64,000 nucleotides of DNA, from positions 256,001 through 320,000 of the forward strand of contig OY969622.1 in NCBI GenBank assembly GCA_963701665.1, in the 5' to 3' direction. This stretch comes from Candidatus Babeliales bacterium (lineage in GTDB: Bacteria; Babelota; Babeliae; Babelales; JANWKD01). Position 1 is the first letter of the stretch. Every line of letters begins with the position of its first letter. This document shows, one piece after another, positions 39,779-50,535 of the stretch. The notes under the pieces are model-generated. The model worked only from the letters and a program-made list of their open reading frames with translations, was not told the origin of the DNA and did no database searches. The position numbers and the translations under genes were made by a program.

Positions 39779-39925
39779 ATGTCAGCTCAAAAAACAAAAA
39801 AAATAAAGCCAAAATATATAAAAAATGAAAAAGGTAAAACGACCGAAGTATATCTTGATTTAGAAACATTTCATGAAATTATCGCAAGATTAACAAATTT
39901 TAAAAAGAAGCTTAACCAAAAATAG
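39779..39925 (+). CDS. 48-aa antitoxin-like paralogue (below ORF-track cutoff)
   Basis: MSAQKTKKIKPKYIKNEKGKTTEVYLDLETFHEIIARL.. aligns with KLHPKYVYDQDEKVGVILSIDEFEYLLDEL; AGGA RBS. Confidence 0.55.
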   Translation: MSAQKTKKIKPKYIKNEKGKTTEVYLDLETFHEIIARLTNFKKKLNQK

Positions 39926-40022
39926 TGCTTAATGTTCTTCGCTTATTGGCATCTGTTAGGATTATGCAGTAGGTAAGAGAAAAAATTATTGGGAAATTAG
40001 AGGCAATTGCACCACAACTCCA

Positions 40023-40145
40023 TCAATTATTTTGTAGATGTTTATAATCTTCTTCGTCATATTCAGATTCCCATTCATTGAGAATATCTACTAAAATTTG
40101 TAAGTAAGCTTCATCGTAATTGCTAGCTGCTGTGATATTTTTCAT
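40023..40145 (-). CDS. 40-aa acidic peptide resembling small antitoxins (below ORF-track cutoff)
   Basis: GAGGA RBS; MKNITAASNYDEAYLQILVDILNEWESEYDEEDYKHLQNN. Confidence 0.5.
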   Translation of the reverse strand: MKNITAASNYDEAYLQILVDILNEWESEYDEEDYKHLQNN

Positions 40146-40278
40146 TCTTTCCTCTTCGACAGAAATATACTTTATGAAATAATAACATCAAATAATGATA
40201 TTTTAAAGGTTGAATTTATTAAAATCATTGTTACTATTGATATAAAAATTCGTTTAAATTTTAGAAAGTTTTTATCGT

Positions 40279-40749
40279 ATGTTGAAATTCTATAAAAAAT
40301 TATTGTTTGTTTCTTGTATGGCGTTAACGTTTGCATCAGCTATGGAAACACAGGTAGCGCAGAAAGAATTTGATCTTGACAAGGAAATTTGGACTATTGT
40401 GCTTGACAAGGTGAAACCTACAAAAATAACTGATGTGGATTCGCTTATTACAACCTGGGTTACTTATTCCAATTTTGCACAAATAAGCAAAAAGCATAAG
40501 GAAATATTTTATGATTTTATAAAATTAGAGCATGATGTTATTTATGCACAAAAACCACCAGAGCACATTAAAGTAGATTTGAATAGTGCTTTACTTATTA
40601 GCTTGTCACCAGATGATTCAAAACATGATGACCAACTAACAAAGTTAAAAGAAAAAATTAAAAAAAGAGAAATTAATGTTTTGCCTTATTTTCATGAATA
40701 TGCGACTTGGTTAATTTTGTTATCGGAGGCGCATTCTAACAAACAATAA
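40279..40749 (+). CDS. Secreted hypothetical protein (AME)
   Basis: Signal peptide, ASA-METQ. Confidence 0.65.
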   Translation: MLKFYKKLLFVSCMALTFASAMETQVAQKEFDLDKEIWTIVLDKVKPTKITDVDSLITTWVTYSNFAQISKKHKEIFYDFIKLEHDVIYAQKPPEHIKVDLNSALLISLSPDDSKHDDQLTKLKEKIKKREINVLPYFHEYATWLILLSEAHSNKQ

Positions 40750-40846
40750 ATAGGAAGAAAAGATTTTAAGGAATCTTGCAAACGCTAAGTACCTCCTTTT
40801 ATAGTAAAAACACGTAAGTGAATTACTATAAAAAAAGGAGTAAGCA

Positions 40847-41062
40847 ATGGCTTTTCATTTCCGTTCTTTAAATGACACACAAAAGGGGATTATCTGTTTA
40901 ATAGTTGGTCTTCTTATTGTGCTGTACGCATTCAACTTTTTCCAACGATGGCTCAATGTTATCGTTATCGGCGGTGCACTATGCCTTATCTTCTATGGCT
41001 GCATGAAACTTGGCTGGGTTGATAAAATCAAACAGATGATCGAAGGTAAAAAAAGACGTTAA
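40847..41062 (+). CDS. Small two-TM membrane protein
   Basis: AGGAG RBS; two hydrophobic helices. Confidence 0.7.
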   Translation: MAFHFRSLNDTQKGIICLIVGLLIVLYAFNFFQRWLNVIVIGGALCLIFYGCMKLGWVDKIKQMIEGKKRR

Positions 41063-41070
41063 TACACTCG

Positions 41071-44000
41071 TCATTCTTTAATACTGCGCGCGGGGGCGTT
41101 AATGAGTAACCTCGTTGGTACGGCAATATTGATTCCTTCTTTTTGCAGTGCTTGAACGAGTGAAAACCGTACGTTGCTTGCAATATCCCAGATTTCTAAC
41201 GTTTTATTACTGCTAACAAACCCGCGCAACAAAAATTCGTAACCATTTTCACCAAAATTTTCAAGTCGAATAATAGGGCGAGGGCTCTTAAGCAAATCAG
41301 GATTTGCATCAAGTACTTTTTCTATAATCGATTTTACCTGTAAAGGATCAGCAGTATATGGCACAGTTACGAAAATATCATCAAAGGCGATAAACCCGCG
41401 CGAATAGTTCCAGTTGAGTACCGTTTCATTAATGACTGTTGCATTAGGCACAATTACCGTATAGCTGTTTTTTGTACGAATAATAACCGAGCGTGGGGTG
41501 ATATGGCGTACGACACCTAAATTTTCTTTCACCATCACCAAATCACCAATTTTGACCGGTCGTTGCACTAAAATAATGAAGTATGAAATAAAGTCGCTAA
41601 TTGGTTCTTTGACGATATAACCGATGCTGGCGATTACTAAACCGATTGCAAAGAGTAAACTTCCTAAATTTGCCCATTGGAAACCAAGGAAAATCGCCGC
41701 GATGACAATTAAATAGCGCGATAAACTAAAGACGGTATTTTGAACGCCGATATCCACCGGTAACAATTGGAAAATACGATTTAAAACAAAGCGGTTGACG
41801 GTAAACGCAAGAATAAAGCCAGCGCATATGAAGCCTATTAAATAGAGGATCGTTAGCGGGGTGAGCCAAATATGTTGCCCTGTAACAACATCAAAACTGC
41901 TTGGGTATAATGGGTAATTTAAAATGTATGAAATTTCATGCCACGAGGTGGATTTACCCCAAATGCGTAAACTTAATACGATGCCAATGATAGTGATGGC
42001 AATAAAGAGCCCAACGACAAAAAGTCCGTACCATGTTTTTGCATAAACAAAACGTTCTTTAATAGCTTCTTCATCACTATCAAAGAATAATTTTGATGCT
42101 CTCTTTTTTAAATAATCTTGGCCCATAAGCAATAATTTAATCAGCACTATCGTACCGATGATGCCCCACATAACATAGGACACTAAATTACCATAACCGC
42201 CGACATATGAATCGCTGATAATCATCAAAATAATGATGAAAACAAGGAGTGGATAATAATACCGCTTAATGAAATCAGCAACAGCCTGCCAAACCGGACG
42301 GCGCGTTGGCAACAAGCTTATTATTTCCTCCTTGCCAATTGAGAAGATGATTAAGATTCTCAATACGATCGAGTAGGTTGCGAGCAAGATAGTTGGGAAC
42401 TCAGTCGCATGATAGGTAGCCAAAATAAACGCTTCACGGAAGAAAAGTAATATAACGGTTAAATAGCCAACCCAGGAGAATACAAATGAAAACCGTTTTT
42501 GAAATTGTTGACCAAAGAGTAATGAATTATGCGTTTTATTGTATTCAATGATATAGGCGATGAAACGATTAATAAGGTAGAGGAAATATACGATTGAAAG
42601 AAGATAAAACATGACCTGCAAGAACAGATCAATAATCACATCAAAATAGATGAGTGTGAACAGTGCAAACCAGCAAAAAATTGAAAAAAAGTAATCATTA
42701 ATAAAGCTGAGTGTTACACCAAGCGTTCGCGAAGCGATAAGTAACCATCGTTTTGGTGTGGAAAAACGCATGAAATAACTAATTGCCTGTGGTAACTGTT
42801 TTTTGATGACAAAATAAATAACAATGAGGGCAATTATTTTCAGAAGCATGAATAAGATATCAAAAATATGGCTGCCGACCTGTTCAGGCATTTTCATTAA
42901 ATTATGAGGATCAAAATTTGAAATATATACCGATGCGAGGGTAATAACATCTTTAAAGAAGAGCAAAAGGTCGTTACCTATGTTTTTAATACCTTTCCAT
43001 GAAATAGCATATTCCGATCGCTGCCAAATACTCTTACTTTCAAAGGTTGAGATGATGCTTGAAAGCTCTTGGCTTGTATTGCGGATAGTCGTGAGATTGG
43101 TGCTATAGATTTTTAATAAACGGTTACTTTCATCAATTTGTTCGCCCAATGTTTTTTCAGCGATGGTGAATCGAGCGATGCAAGCATTGTAGATTGGAAG
43201 ATTACCGCGGAACAATTTATTACGCTGGTTTTTGAGATCTGCAATGATAAGCTTAATATTCGCTAATGCTTTATTTTGCATGATGAGCGCATTTTGCATC
43301 GTGGTTGTTTTTTCCTTGATAGCGGCTTCATCACGATTGAGCTCAGTTACCAATGATTGATATTGTTTCAATTCTTGGTCAATTTCATCAGTTGATTTGA
43401 ATTGGCGACGGCTGATTTTATACCAAGAAATTAAAATATCAACTTCGATTTCTTTTCGTTTAAAGGATATTTTTTCATTTTCAATGTTTGCTTTTAATGT
43501 TTCAATTTTATTTTCAAGTAACGTTGTTTGCGCATATTTAAGACCAAGTTCAGCGAGCGCTGTATAAGTATCCAAGGTCTTAGGTATGATACTCCAATCG
43601 CTCAACCCGAGCGCGTTGCTATCAATTTTGGTATAATTCTTTTTGAGCGTATCAATCTCTTGAATAAGATCATCGCGATACATAGTTAATTTTTTAATGG
43701 CTTCGTAATAGCCATCACGTATACTCAATGATTCTTTTTTTTGTAGTTCTAATTTTTCTTTGGCGACTTTTATATCTTTTGGTTCAATACGCAGTGATTC
43801 TTTTACGCGTGCAAAATGAGCTTTGAGTAATTTCAATTTTTCTGATTCGAGCGCAATTGACGTGTCAAAGAATGCTATTTTTTTAGTAATTTCTTGTATT
43901 TTAAGCTCTGCGAGCTGTTTTTCATGGCGATAGAATGTTTCCTCTACATCCAGCAATTTTCCTTGTTGTCTGAAATCAAGTTCTGTTTGTTCAGGTGATG

Positions 44001-44673
44001 TTGTTGGTACCACTGATTTGGTACTGAATTCTTCCTGCTTCTTTTTACGTTCTTGGTATTCCTTGTTGATGGCTGATATCTTGCGTTTGCGATTATCAAG
44101 ATCAACGATCGCTTCATTTTTTTGTTCAACTAAACGCTTAACCTTATCATCTTGAGCGACAATTCTTTTTGAGAGTTCTTGTAATTCTTCAAAGGTGTAG
44201 AACGAGTGCAATTTTAAGTTGAGTGATTTAAATTCAGGATCTTTTAAAAAGTCTTCAAGTAAAGCAATATGCTGTTCGAGTACTTTGAGGATCTCTTTAT
44301 ATGAAAACTGTAAGGTAAACAATGTTTGATACGTTTCATTCCATACTGAAAGCAATGAATTTAAGAACGGAGCTTCCTGCGGAGCTTCTTTGATTTGCTT
44401 TTTAACGTCATTAATTTGCTCAGTTGTTTGATCCAGATTTCCCTGTACCTTGTCTAAGAATTCCTTTTGCCCATTTTGCAATTCAGTTAATTCATTTTCT
44501 AAATATCCCAGCTGTTCTTTTTTTTCTGCAATGCCTAAAGGAAGACGTATTTTTGTAGTAGGCAGATCAGCCTTTTTTGTAGCAAATTTAAAAAAATCGA
44601 ATATCCCTGCATGTATAGATACGGCGTGCAAGACTACCAAAAAGATGATAATCAAACGATTATATAGTTTCAT
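41071..44673 (-). CDS. Large MscS-family (MscK-like) mechanosensitive channel
   Basis: Signal peptide, long coiled-coil, many TMs, DFISYFIILVQRPVKIGDLV, VIVPNA, VLNWNY. Confidence 0.88.
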   Translation of the reverse strand: MKLYNRLIIIFLVVLHAVSIHAGIFDFFKFATKKADLPTTKIRLPLGIAEKKEQLGYLENELTELQNGQKEFLDKVQGNLDQTTEQINDVKKQIKEAPQEAPFLNSLLSVWNETYQTLFTLQFSYKEILKVLEQHIALLEDFLKDPEFKSLNLKLHSFYTFEELQELSKRIVAQDDKVKRLVEQKNEAIVDLDNRKRKISAINKEYQERKKKQEEFSTKSVVPTTSPEQTELDFRQQGKLLDVEETFYRHEKQLAELKIQEITKKIAFFDTSIALESEKLKLLKAHFARVKESLRIEPKDIKVAKEKLELQKKESLSIRDGYYEAIKKLTMYRDDLIQEIDTLKKNYTKIDSNALGLSDWSIIPKTLDTYTALAELGLKYAQTTLLENKIETLKANIENEKISFKRKEIEVDILISWYKISRRQFKSTDEIDQELKQYQSLVTELNRDEAAIKEKTTTMQNALIMQNKALANIKLIIADLKNQRNKLFRGNLPIYNACIARFTIAEKTLGEQIDESNRLLKIYSTNLTTIRNTSQELSSIISTFESKSIWQRSEYAISWKGIKNIGNDLLLFFKDVITLASVYISNFDPHNLMKMPEQVGSHIFDILFMLLKIIALIVIYFVIKKQLPQAISYFMRFSTPKRWLLIASRTLGVTLSFINDYFFSIFCWFALFTLIYFDVIIDLFLQVMFYLLSIVYFLYLINRFIAYIIEYNKTHNSLLFGQQFQKRFSFVFSWVGYLTVILLFFREAFILATYHATEFPTILLATYSIVLRILIIFSIGKEEIISLLPTRRPVWQAVADFIKRYYYPLLVFIIILMIISDSYVGGYGNLVSYVMWGIIGTIVLIKLLLMGQDYLKKRASKLFFDSDEEAIKERFVYAKTWYGLFVVGLFIAITIIGIVLSLRIWGKSTSWHEISYILNYPLYPSSFDVVTGQHIWLTPLTILYLIGFICAGFILAFTVNRFVLNRIFQLLPVDIGVQNTVFSLSRYLIVIAAIFLGFQWANLGSLLFAIGLVIASIGYIVKEPISDFISYFIILVQRPVKIGDLVMVKENLGVVRHITPRSVIIRTKNSYTVIVPNATVINETVLNWNYSRGFIAFDDIFVTVPYTADPLQVKSIIEKVLDANPDLLKSPRPIIRLENFGENGYEFLLRGFVSSNKTLEIWDIASNVRFSLVQALQKEGINIAVPTRLLINAPARSIKE

Positions 44674-45268
44674 GGGTCACCATTATATTTTTTTCATGTG
44701 AAATTGTTTTAAAGTGATCTTTGTAAGGGTGCATTGCGATGCACTGCAATAACCACGATTCAAGCACTTTGTGATGTATTTCGTCAAGTTTTTCTTTAAA
44801 GAATGCTTCTAATCCTTGTGAAGCTAAATGAGTAAAATAACTCTTTTTAAATGGTATATTCTCAGGATATATACCCAGCGATATAAAAAAACGAAATAAA
44901 ATCAGATGTTTATTAAACGTATGAGCAGCCGTGTTAAATAGATACATGATCAAATCGAACGTATCCGGTGCCGCCGCATTAGGCGGCAAAAAATAATAGC
45001 TCAGTTCCAAAATATGATGAAAAAAGTTCAAATCATGCTTTGCAAGCTCAAAAGGGATTGTCATTATTTCAACATCATGAATTTTACTTATAGTACTTTG
45101 CTCTCCGATGGTATAACGAAGCACGGTACCATTGTTAAGCTGTTGTAAAACGCCTGATCGGTGCTTGATCAATGTTGCATCAATACGCCCGTGTTCTTTA
45201 TCAAACAAACTAATTTTTTGCTTGTACGGATAATAATTTCGTAAGACAATACCACAGTTTTTTTGCAT
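44660..45268 (-). CDS. recO: Probable DNA repair protein RecO (divergent)
   Basis: N-terminal GIVLR...KISLFDKEHGRI OB-fold pattern; ILEL..FLP, RFFISLGIYP. Confidence 0.6.
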   Translation of the reverse strand: MQKNCGIVLRNYYPYKQKISLFDKEHGRIDATLIKHRSGVLQQLNNGTVLRYTIGEQSTISKIHDVEIMTIPFELAKHDLNFFHHILELSYYFLPPNAAAPDTFDLIMYLFNTAAHTFNKHLILFRFFISLGIYPENIPFKKSYFTHLASQGLEAFFKEKLDEIHHKVLESWLLQCIAMHPYKDHFKTISHEKNIMVTHETI

Positions 45269-45518
45269 AGATATTTTTTTAAAAAAAGGTAAAAAAGTAT
45301 GCTTCTTTATGGTTAATGGTAACTCACATTTACGCGCGATGCTAGAAAAATGTTACTTTTAAGAAATAGGGCCGGAATAGCAGATTTTTTTCGATTCTTA
45401 AGGCACTTCTTAGAAATTTTTATAAAAATATTGATTTATTAAAGTTTCAAATAGTATTATTAGATTGAAGCATATGGAGGGTTTAGGCACTAATAAAGAC
45501 CGAAATGAAAGGCTTTTC

Positions 45519-45890
45519 ATGACCTTTATCAAAAGTTTCAATCTAGTATTTATTCTTTTTATTATGAGTATGGGCTCAGTTTCTTCACTGGAATGCCGCG
45601 GAGGCGGTGGTGGAGGCGGAGGTCACATGGGTGGCGGTGGCTTTCATGGTGGCGGTATGGGCGGTCATAGTATGAGCCATAGTATGTCCCATGAAATGGG
45701 TCACCAGGGTGGCAACCGCAATTATCGTCGAAATCGCGGAGGAGGCGGCGGATATGGCTATGGCGCAGGCGCATTCTTATTGGGTGAGGGACTTTTGCTT
45801 GATGAAGCTGTAATCGATGGTGATTATTATGATGGCGATGAATCAGGTGACGATAACGTCGATTTGGATGATGAGATCGCAGGTTATTAA
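45519..45890 (+). CDS. Secreted glycine-rich low-complexity protein
   Basis: Signal peptide; RGGGGGGGHMGGGG, HSMSHSMSH, acidic tail. Confidence 0.65.
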   Translation: MTFIKSFNLVFILFIMSMGSVSSLECRGGGGGGGGHMGGGGFHGGGMGGHSMSHSMSHEMGHQGGNRNYRRNRGGGGGYGYGAGAFLLGEGLLLDEAVIDGDYYDGDESGDDNVDLDDEIAGY

Positions 45891-45944
45891 AAAGTGTGTA
45901 AAAATTTGAAAAATAATAGCTAAACAGACTCTCCCTTCACTATT

Positions 45945-45982
45945 ATACGATGCTCATGTTTAAAAAAACGTGAGCATCGTAT
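45945..45982. terminator. Hairpin between convergent genes
   Basis: ATACGATGCTCATGTTT..AAACGTGAGCATCGTAT. Confidence 0.6.
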
Positions 45983-45991
45983 CCCGCGTTT

Positions 45992-48064
45992 TTAAAGGCC
46001 AAGATCTCTTAAAAATGCTTCATTATTTGGCGCTCTGCCAAGAAAATCGAAAAGTAATTCATTAGGATCTTTGCTGCCACCTTTACTTAAGACTTTGTTG
46101 CTATAACGCTCGCCAACTTCGGGGTTGAGAAGTCCCTCGTTTTTGATAGTTGCAAATAAGTCGAGTGCAAATACTTTTGACCACAAATAACCATAATAAC
46201 GCGCGTCATAACTGGTTAAATGGCCGAATGAAGTTTGCATATGATTGTTTTCATCGTACCAGCTATAAATGAGGATCTTATTATATAATGTTTTCATGAT
46301 TTCTTCGGTATTCTTGCGCGCACCTTCTTTAAAATAATGTAGGGAAAGCAGCGATAAAAATATTTGCCGTGTAATCCATGCGCCAGAATTCAGATTTTTG
46401 AGCTCTAGCAACGTAGCAATAGTGGCTTTGGGTAGTTTTTCACCCGTACTATAATGGTTGCTTAAATTGTATAAAATATCCTCATCCCATAACCATTCTT
46501 CAAGCATTTGCGAGGGCAGTTCAACAAAGTCATGTTTTGTGTGCGTGCCTGATTGTGAAGCAAGGTGCGTGGCTCCTAAAATGGCATGTAACGCGTGGCC
46601 AAATTCATGGAAGAATGTCCTGACATCCGAGCGTAACAATAATGCTGGTTTACGCGCCGTGGCTTTTGGAAAGTTAGCGATAACGACGGCAACTGACGGA
46701 ATAATTTCATTGGTATCTGAAAGAAGTGCGGGCACCACCGTCATCTCGGCCGCGTGGCTATATTTTGCTTCACGCGGATGGAGATCCATCAAAATGTAGC
46801 CGATCAGTTTCCCTCGTTTATATACCTCGAGTGTTCTAACATCTTCATGCCACAAGCCTTGTGCATGAACTTGTTTGAAAGAAAGATTAAAAAACGATTC
46901 ATAAATTTTGAGTAACCCATCAATGGTGGAAGCCATAGGGAAATACTCTGCAATGTTATATTCATCGATATTAAATTTATTTTTCTTGAGTAGTTCAGTA
47001 GCATATGCTTTATCCCAAGGATAAAATTTTCCATCAGGCGTGAGCGGGATTGATGAAAGAAGTTCATCTTTGAGCTTTTTGAGTTCAAGCATTTCTTTTT
47101 GACTTGCTTTTTGCCATAAATCTAAAAGAAATTGTTCAACGATGGTCGGTTTTTTTGCCATTTGATTTTCAAGTGAAAGATGAGCAAAGCTCACATAGCC
47201 TGTTGCATGTGCGATCGCATCGCGCAAGTTGATAATTTTTTCAAGCACGGGGATGTTTGCCGGGTATGCTCTGTTAGAAAATGCATCATAGAGCTTTTTG
47301 CGTGTCTCGCGTGTTTCACATTGCTCCATAATTTTTGAATAGGTTGGATAATCAACGCCAAGAATAAATCTACCATCATCCGTTTTTCGTAAGGTTGCGA
47401 TAAATTCATCATCAATACCTTCAAGTTCTTCACGCGACACGATAATTTTTGAATCATCTTCATTGATATTTTTATCAAACTGCATGCTGGTATTGGCAAG
47501 TTCTTTTTGTAATGCACTAATGCGAGCACGTTTATCTTCTGGCAAATGAAGCCCGTTGCGCGCAAATTCCTCGAGCATTTCTTGCTCAAAATAACGCTCT
47601 TCATCACTTAAACTTTCAGTGATAGCGCGTGTTTGCGCGTGCTGCGCTATTACTCGATATAATTTGAGATTATAAGTAAAGAGATCGACGGCTGCTTGTT
47701 GTAATTTGAGAAGCTCTTCTTGAGCTGTCTTTCTCATTTGTTCACTTGGGCTTAGATTAAACAATACTTCAAGGACTTGCGTCATGCGTTTGAATGTATC
47801 CATGATCCCATCAAGATGGCGGAGCGTGTTATCGTAGGTGAGTTGATCAGGAGATAATTCAACTAACATCTGAATTTGATGCATGACATCATGCAATGTA
47901 TCTGCCGCTCGTTTTCGTAATTCGTCAGGGCTTGTTGGAAATAAATTGACAACATCATGTAATGATTGAATGTGCATAGGCCTAAAATGCTGCCGTGCGT
48001 TTGCCTGGCGATCTGAACTAATAAGTGACATAAGTATCAATACTTTCAATAGAGATGTTTTCAT
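45992..48064 (-). CDS. M3A (thimet oligopeptidase-like) metallopeptidase with signal peptide
   Basis: MDLHPREAKYSHA, TFFHEFGHALH, DFVELPSQMLEEW, YYGYLWSKVFA. Confidence 0.93.
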   Translation of the reverse strand: MKTSLLKVLILMSLISSDRQANARQHFRPMHIQSLHDVVNLFPTSPDELRKRAADTLHDVMHQIQMLVELSPDQLTYDNTLRHLDGIMDTFKRMTQVLEVLFNLSPSEQMRKTAQEELLKLQQAAVDLFTYNLKLYRVIAQHAQTRAITESLSDEERYFEQEMLEEFARNGLHLPEDKRARISALQKELANTSMQFDKNINEDDSKIIVSREELEGIDDEFIATLRKTDDGRFILGVDYPTYSKIMEQCETRETRKKLYDAFSNRAYPANIPVLEKIINLRDAIAHATGYVSFAHLSLENQMAKKPTIVEQFLLDLWQKASQKEMLELKKLKDELLSSIPLTPDGKFYPWDKAYATELLKKNKFNIDEYNIAEYFPMASTIDGLLKIYESFFNLSFKQVHAQGLWHEDVRTLEVYKRGKLIGYILMDLHPREAKYSHAAEMTVVPALLSDTNEIIPSVAVVIANFPKATARKPALLLRSDVRTFFHEFGHALHAILGATHLASQSGTHTKHDFVELPSQMLEEWLWDEDILYNLSNHYSTGEKLPKATIATLLELKNLNSGAWITRQIFLSLLSLHYFKEGARKNTEEIMKTLYNKILIYSWYDENNHMQTSFGHLTSYDARYYGYLWSKVFALDLFATIKNEGLLNPEVGERYSNKVLSKGGSKDPNELLFDFLGRAPNNEAFLRDLGL

Positions 48065-48076
48065 AGTGATTCGCTT

Positions 48077-48580
48077 TCATTTTTTAGTTACTCTGTTTTG
48101 ATTTTTTTTGTTTGTAGCCTCCAGCATTTTTAATTCTTCCCAGACGTCCGTAGTAAATGCCGGGACTTTGCTTTCCGAGCGCATTAATCCGATAGAATAT
48201 ACGTCCACTTCCAGTATTTTTTCGGCTTGGGTGAATGCAGATGAAAATTGTTTTTCATCATATCTATAAAGAGCAAGGCAAACTTGCGCACTATGTGCAT
48301 AGTTATTTTCAGCTTTTTTTAAAAAATATTCTTTGTCTTCAGGGCCTATTCGTTTTCTAGTTGCTTTCTTTGCATATTTTTTTGCCTTCCGTAAATAGCT
48401 TTTCTGAGCTTTTTTTGCCTCAGGAATCGTCATGGGTATTAATTTACCCGTTTTACGTGGAGCCGGTTCTTCAGATGAGAATGAGACCCGTTTTCTTTGT
48501 CTTGGACTTCCTGGTGATTCTTCCATGCATACTAGGGGAAGAAAAGTCAGAAAGCAAAGCAAATAACTATATTTTTTCAT
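48077..48580 (-). CDS. Secreted hypothetical protein (CME) with RVxF-like motif
   Basis: LVC-MEES..RKRVSF; very basic. Confidence 0.7.
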   Translation of the reverse strand: MKKYSYLLCFLTFLPLVCMEESPGSPRQRKRVSFSSEEPAPRKTGKLIPMTIPEAKKAQKSYLRKAKKYAKKATRKRIGPEDKEYFLKKAENNYAHSAQVCLALYRYDEKQFSSAFTQAEKILEVDVYSIGLMRSESKVPAFTTDVWEELKMLEATNKKNQNRVTKK

Positions 48581-48768
48581 AAAGCACCTAAAAATATGTA
48601 TAGCAACGCATGATTATTAAAGTAAATATAACTATACCGAATTTACGGATTCAATTGAATAGGGCGACGTTTTTATGTTTCTATAATATTGCTATTAAAC
48701 TCATAAACATGCTATTGATAATAGGGCATAAAAACATGAAAAATCATGATGGTATAGAAAGATGCGCT

Positions 48769-50430
48769 ATGGTAACAAATAAACGGATTGTTTTTATTGG
48801 TTTCATTCTTAATGTTATGTGCTTAAGAGCGATGGAAGAATGGGGAAAATATTCCGATCAAGAAGCTAAACCAGTAATTCGTAGTTGGACTAATGCACAG
48901 CCCTCGCGTGGTAATGAAGCGTATGATGATAAAAAAATGACTGAAATGATTGTATTTCGGTCTGACAATGATATTGTGGAGGATCCTTTAGCATTCCAAG
49001 AACAAAGGCGTAGTGATATTAAAGGATACTGTGCCAAATTAGAATCATATGAAGCTAAAAAATTGTGCACTGATCTTGAGCGTATCTGTTCGCATGATGA
49101 CGCTGATAATTTACTGCTGCTCAAAAGTGATATGGCGACAACTATTGTTGGGAAATTTGCTGGTAAAGCAAAACGAAAAAAGTATATACCGAATGTTCTT
49201 AAAGCGGCGGAAAGCATTGATAATGGAAAGGCAAGCAACTATATTGCCGTTGCCCAAGAAGAATATGTCGCAAAAATGTTGAAGGGTGAACTCCAAGCAT
49301 TTATTCTGAATCATAACGCAGTTGGAAAGTGTGTCGAATTAACAAAAACCTTAGAAACCGGCGATGTCGCTGCGATTGACTGTTCCCCAAACGGTCAAAC
49401 TTTTGTTGTGGGAGATTTGGACGGCGACGTAAGAATATATACCATGGATGGAGCATGCATAAAAGAATTAAGTAATGAAGAACCTGATATTGGATCTATT
49501 CGTTTTTCTCCTGATGGAAAAACTATTGCAGCATGGTTTGTCGGGGGATATATAAAACGATGGGATACTGAATCCGGAAATCTCATAAAAGACGTTAAAT
49601 TTAACTTTAAAGTACACGACTCTCATCAAAACACGCGCGTCATTAGTTTTTCACCAGATACTTCATGTATTGCTTCAACGTGTAACGGGAAAAAAATTAA
49701 AATATGGGATATTGATTCTGCAGAATGCAAGATCATCGATGATACTGCATATGCGCTTTGCTTTTATCCGGATGGTTCAAGGATAGTTTATGCTACTCCA
49801 ACGGAAATAAAGGTAATGCATATTGAATTACAAAAATGGTTAAGGACAATACCGTATAATACCGGACCAAATGACTATAGATTATTGAGCGTGTCTCATG
49901 ATGGCGTATTATTGGCAGTGAGTGGGAATGAGTATGAACGTTTGCCAGATGGCGAACTACAGTACGTAGCTTCTGGAGATGGTATCAACGTATACGATAT
50001 TCTTTCAAAACCTACGCGTGTGATGTCTACTGGAAGCGGGCTTACTTGCCTTAATCCAATTTATTTTTCTCCAAAAGAGACACTATTTGTTTCATGGGAT
50101 GACGAGCTATTCAAATTGTGGCATACAAGATCAAAACAATGTACGAATCTTAAAAGTCATGATGACGACATTACAGCAGTTTGTTTTTCTCGAGAAGGGG
50201 ATAATATTCTCTCTAGTTATAAGAACGGTGTAACATTAATTCATAAGCTTGAGAATTTCAAAACAACATTTAAACTTCCAAGCTTGTTGTTTCTCCTACA
50301 TTTTGTACATAATAATTGCACTATAAGCAAAGACATTGCCTTGTCTCCACATCAAGAGGATCTTATTTCGCAGTTTCTTGCATTTTATAAAGAGTTAAAA
50401 GAATGGAAATCGCCAAGCACTGGACAATAA
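48769..50430 (+). CDS. Secreted WD40-repeat protein (AME)
   Basis: LRA-MEEW; CSPNGQTFVVG..DGDVRIY, FSPDGKTIA..IKRWD, FSPDTSCIAS..IKIWD, HDDDITAVCFS. Confidence 0.88.
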   Translation: MVTNKRIVFIGFILNVMCLRAMEEWGKYSDQEAKPVIRSWTNAQPSRGNEAYDDKKMTEMIVFRSDNDIVEDPLAFQEQRRSDIKGYCAKLESYEAKKLCTDLERICSHDDADNLLLLKSDMATTIVGKFAGKAKRKKYIPNVLKAAESIDNGKASNYIAVAQEEYVAKMLKGELQAFILNHNAVGKCVELTKTLETGDVAAIDCSPNGQTFVVGDLDGDVRIYTMDGACIKELSNEEPDIGSIRFSPDGKTIAAWFVGGYIKRWDTESGNLIKDVKFNFKVHDSHQNTRVISFSPDTSCIASTCNGKKIKIWDIDSAECKIIDDTAYALCFYPDGSRIVYATPTEIKVMHIELQKWLRTIPYNTGPNDYRLLSVSHDGVLLAVSGNEYERLPDGELQYVASGDGINVYDILSKPTRVMSTGSGLTCLNPIYFSPKETLFVSWDDELFKLWHTRSKQCTNLKSHDDDITAVCFSREGDNILSSYKNGVTLIHKLENFKTTFKLPSLLFLLHFVHNNCTISKDIALSPHQEDLISQFLAFYKELKEWKSPSTGQ

Positions 50431-50535
50431 TTTTTTGCTTGCACGTACTTCGTTATTTTTGCCTTTTGAATCAATCATAGTATTGATAGAGATTAAAAAC
50501 ATGAAAATCATGACTTATAGAAAGATGCAAACACT

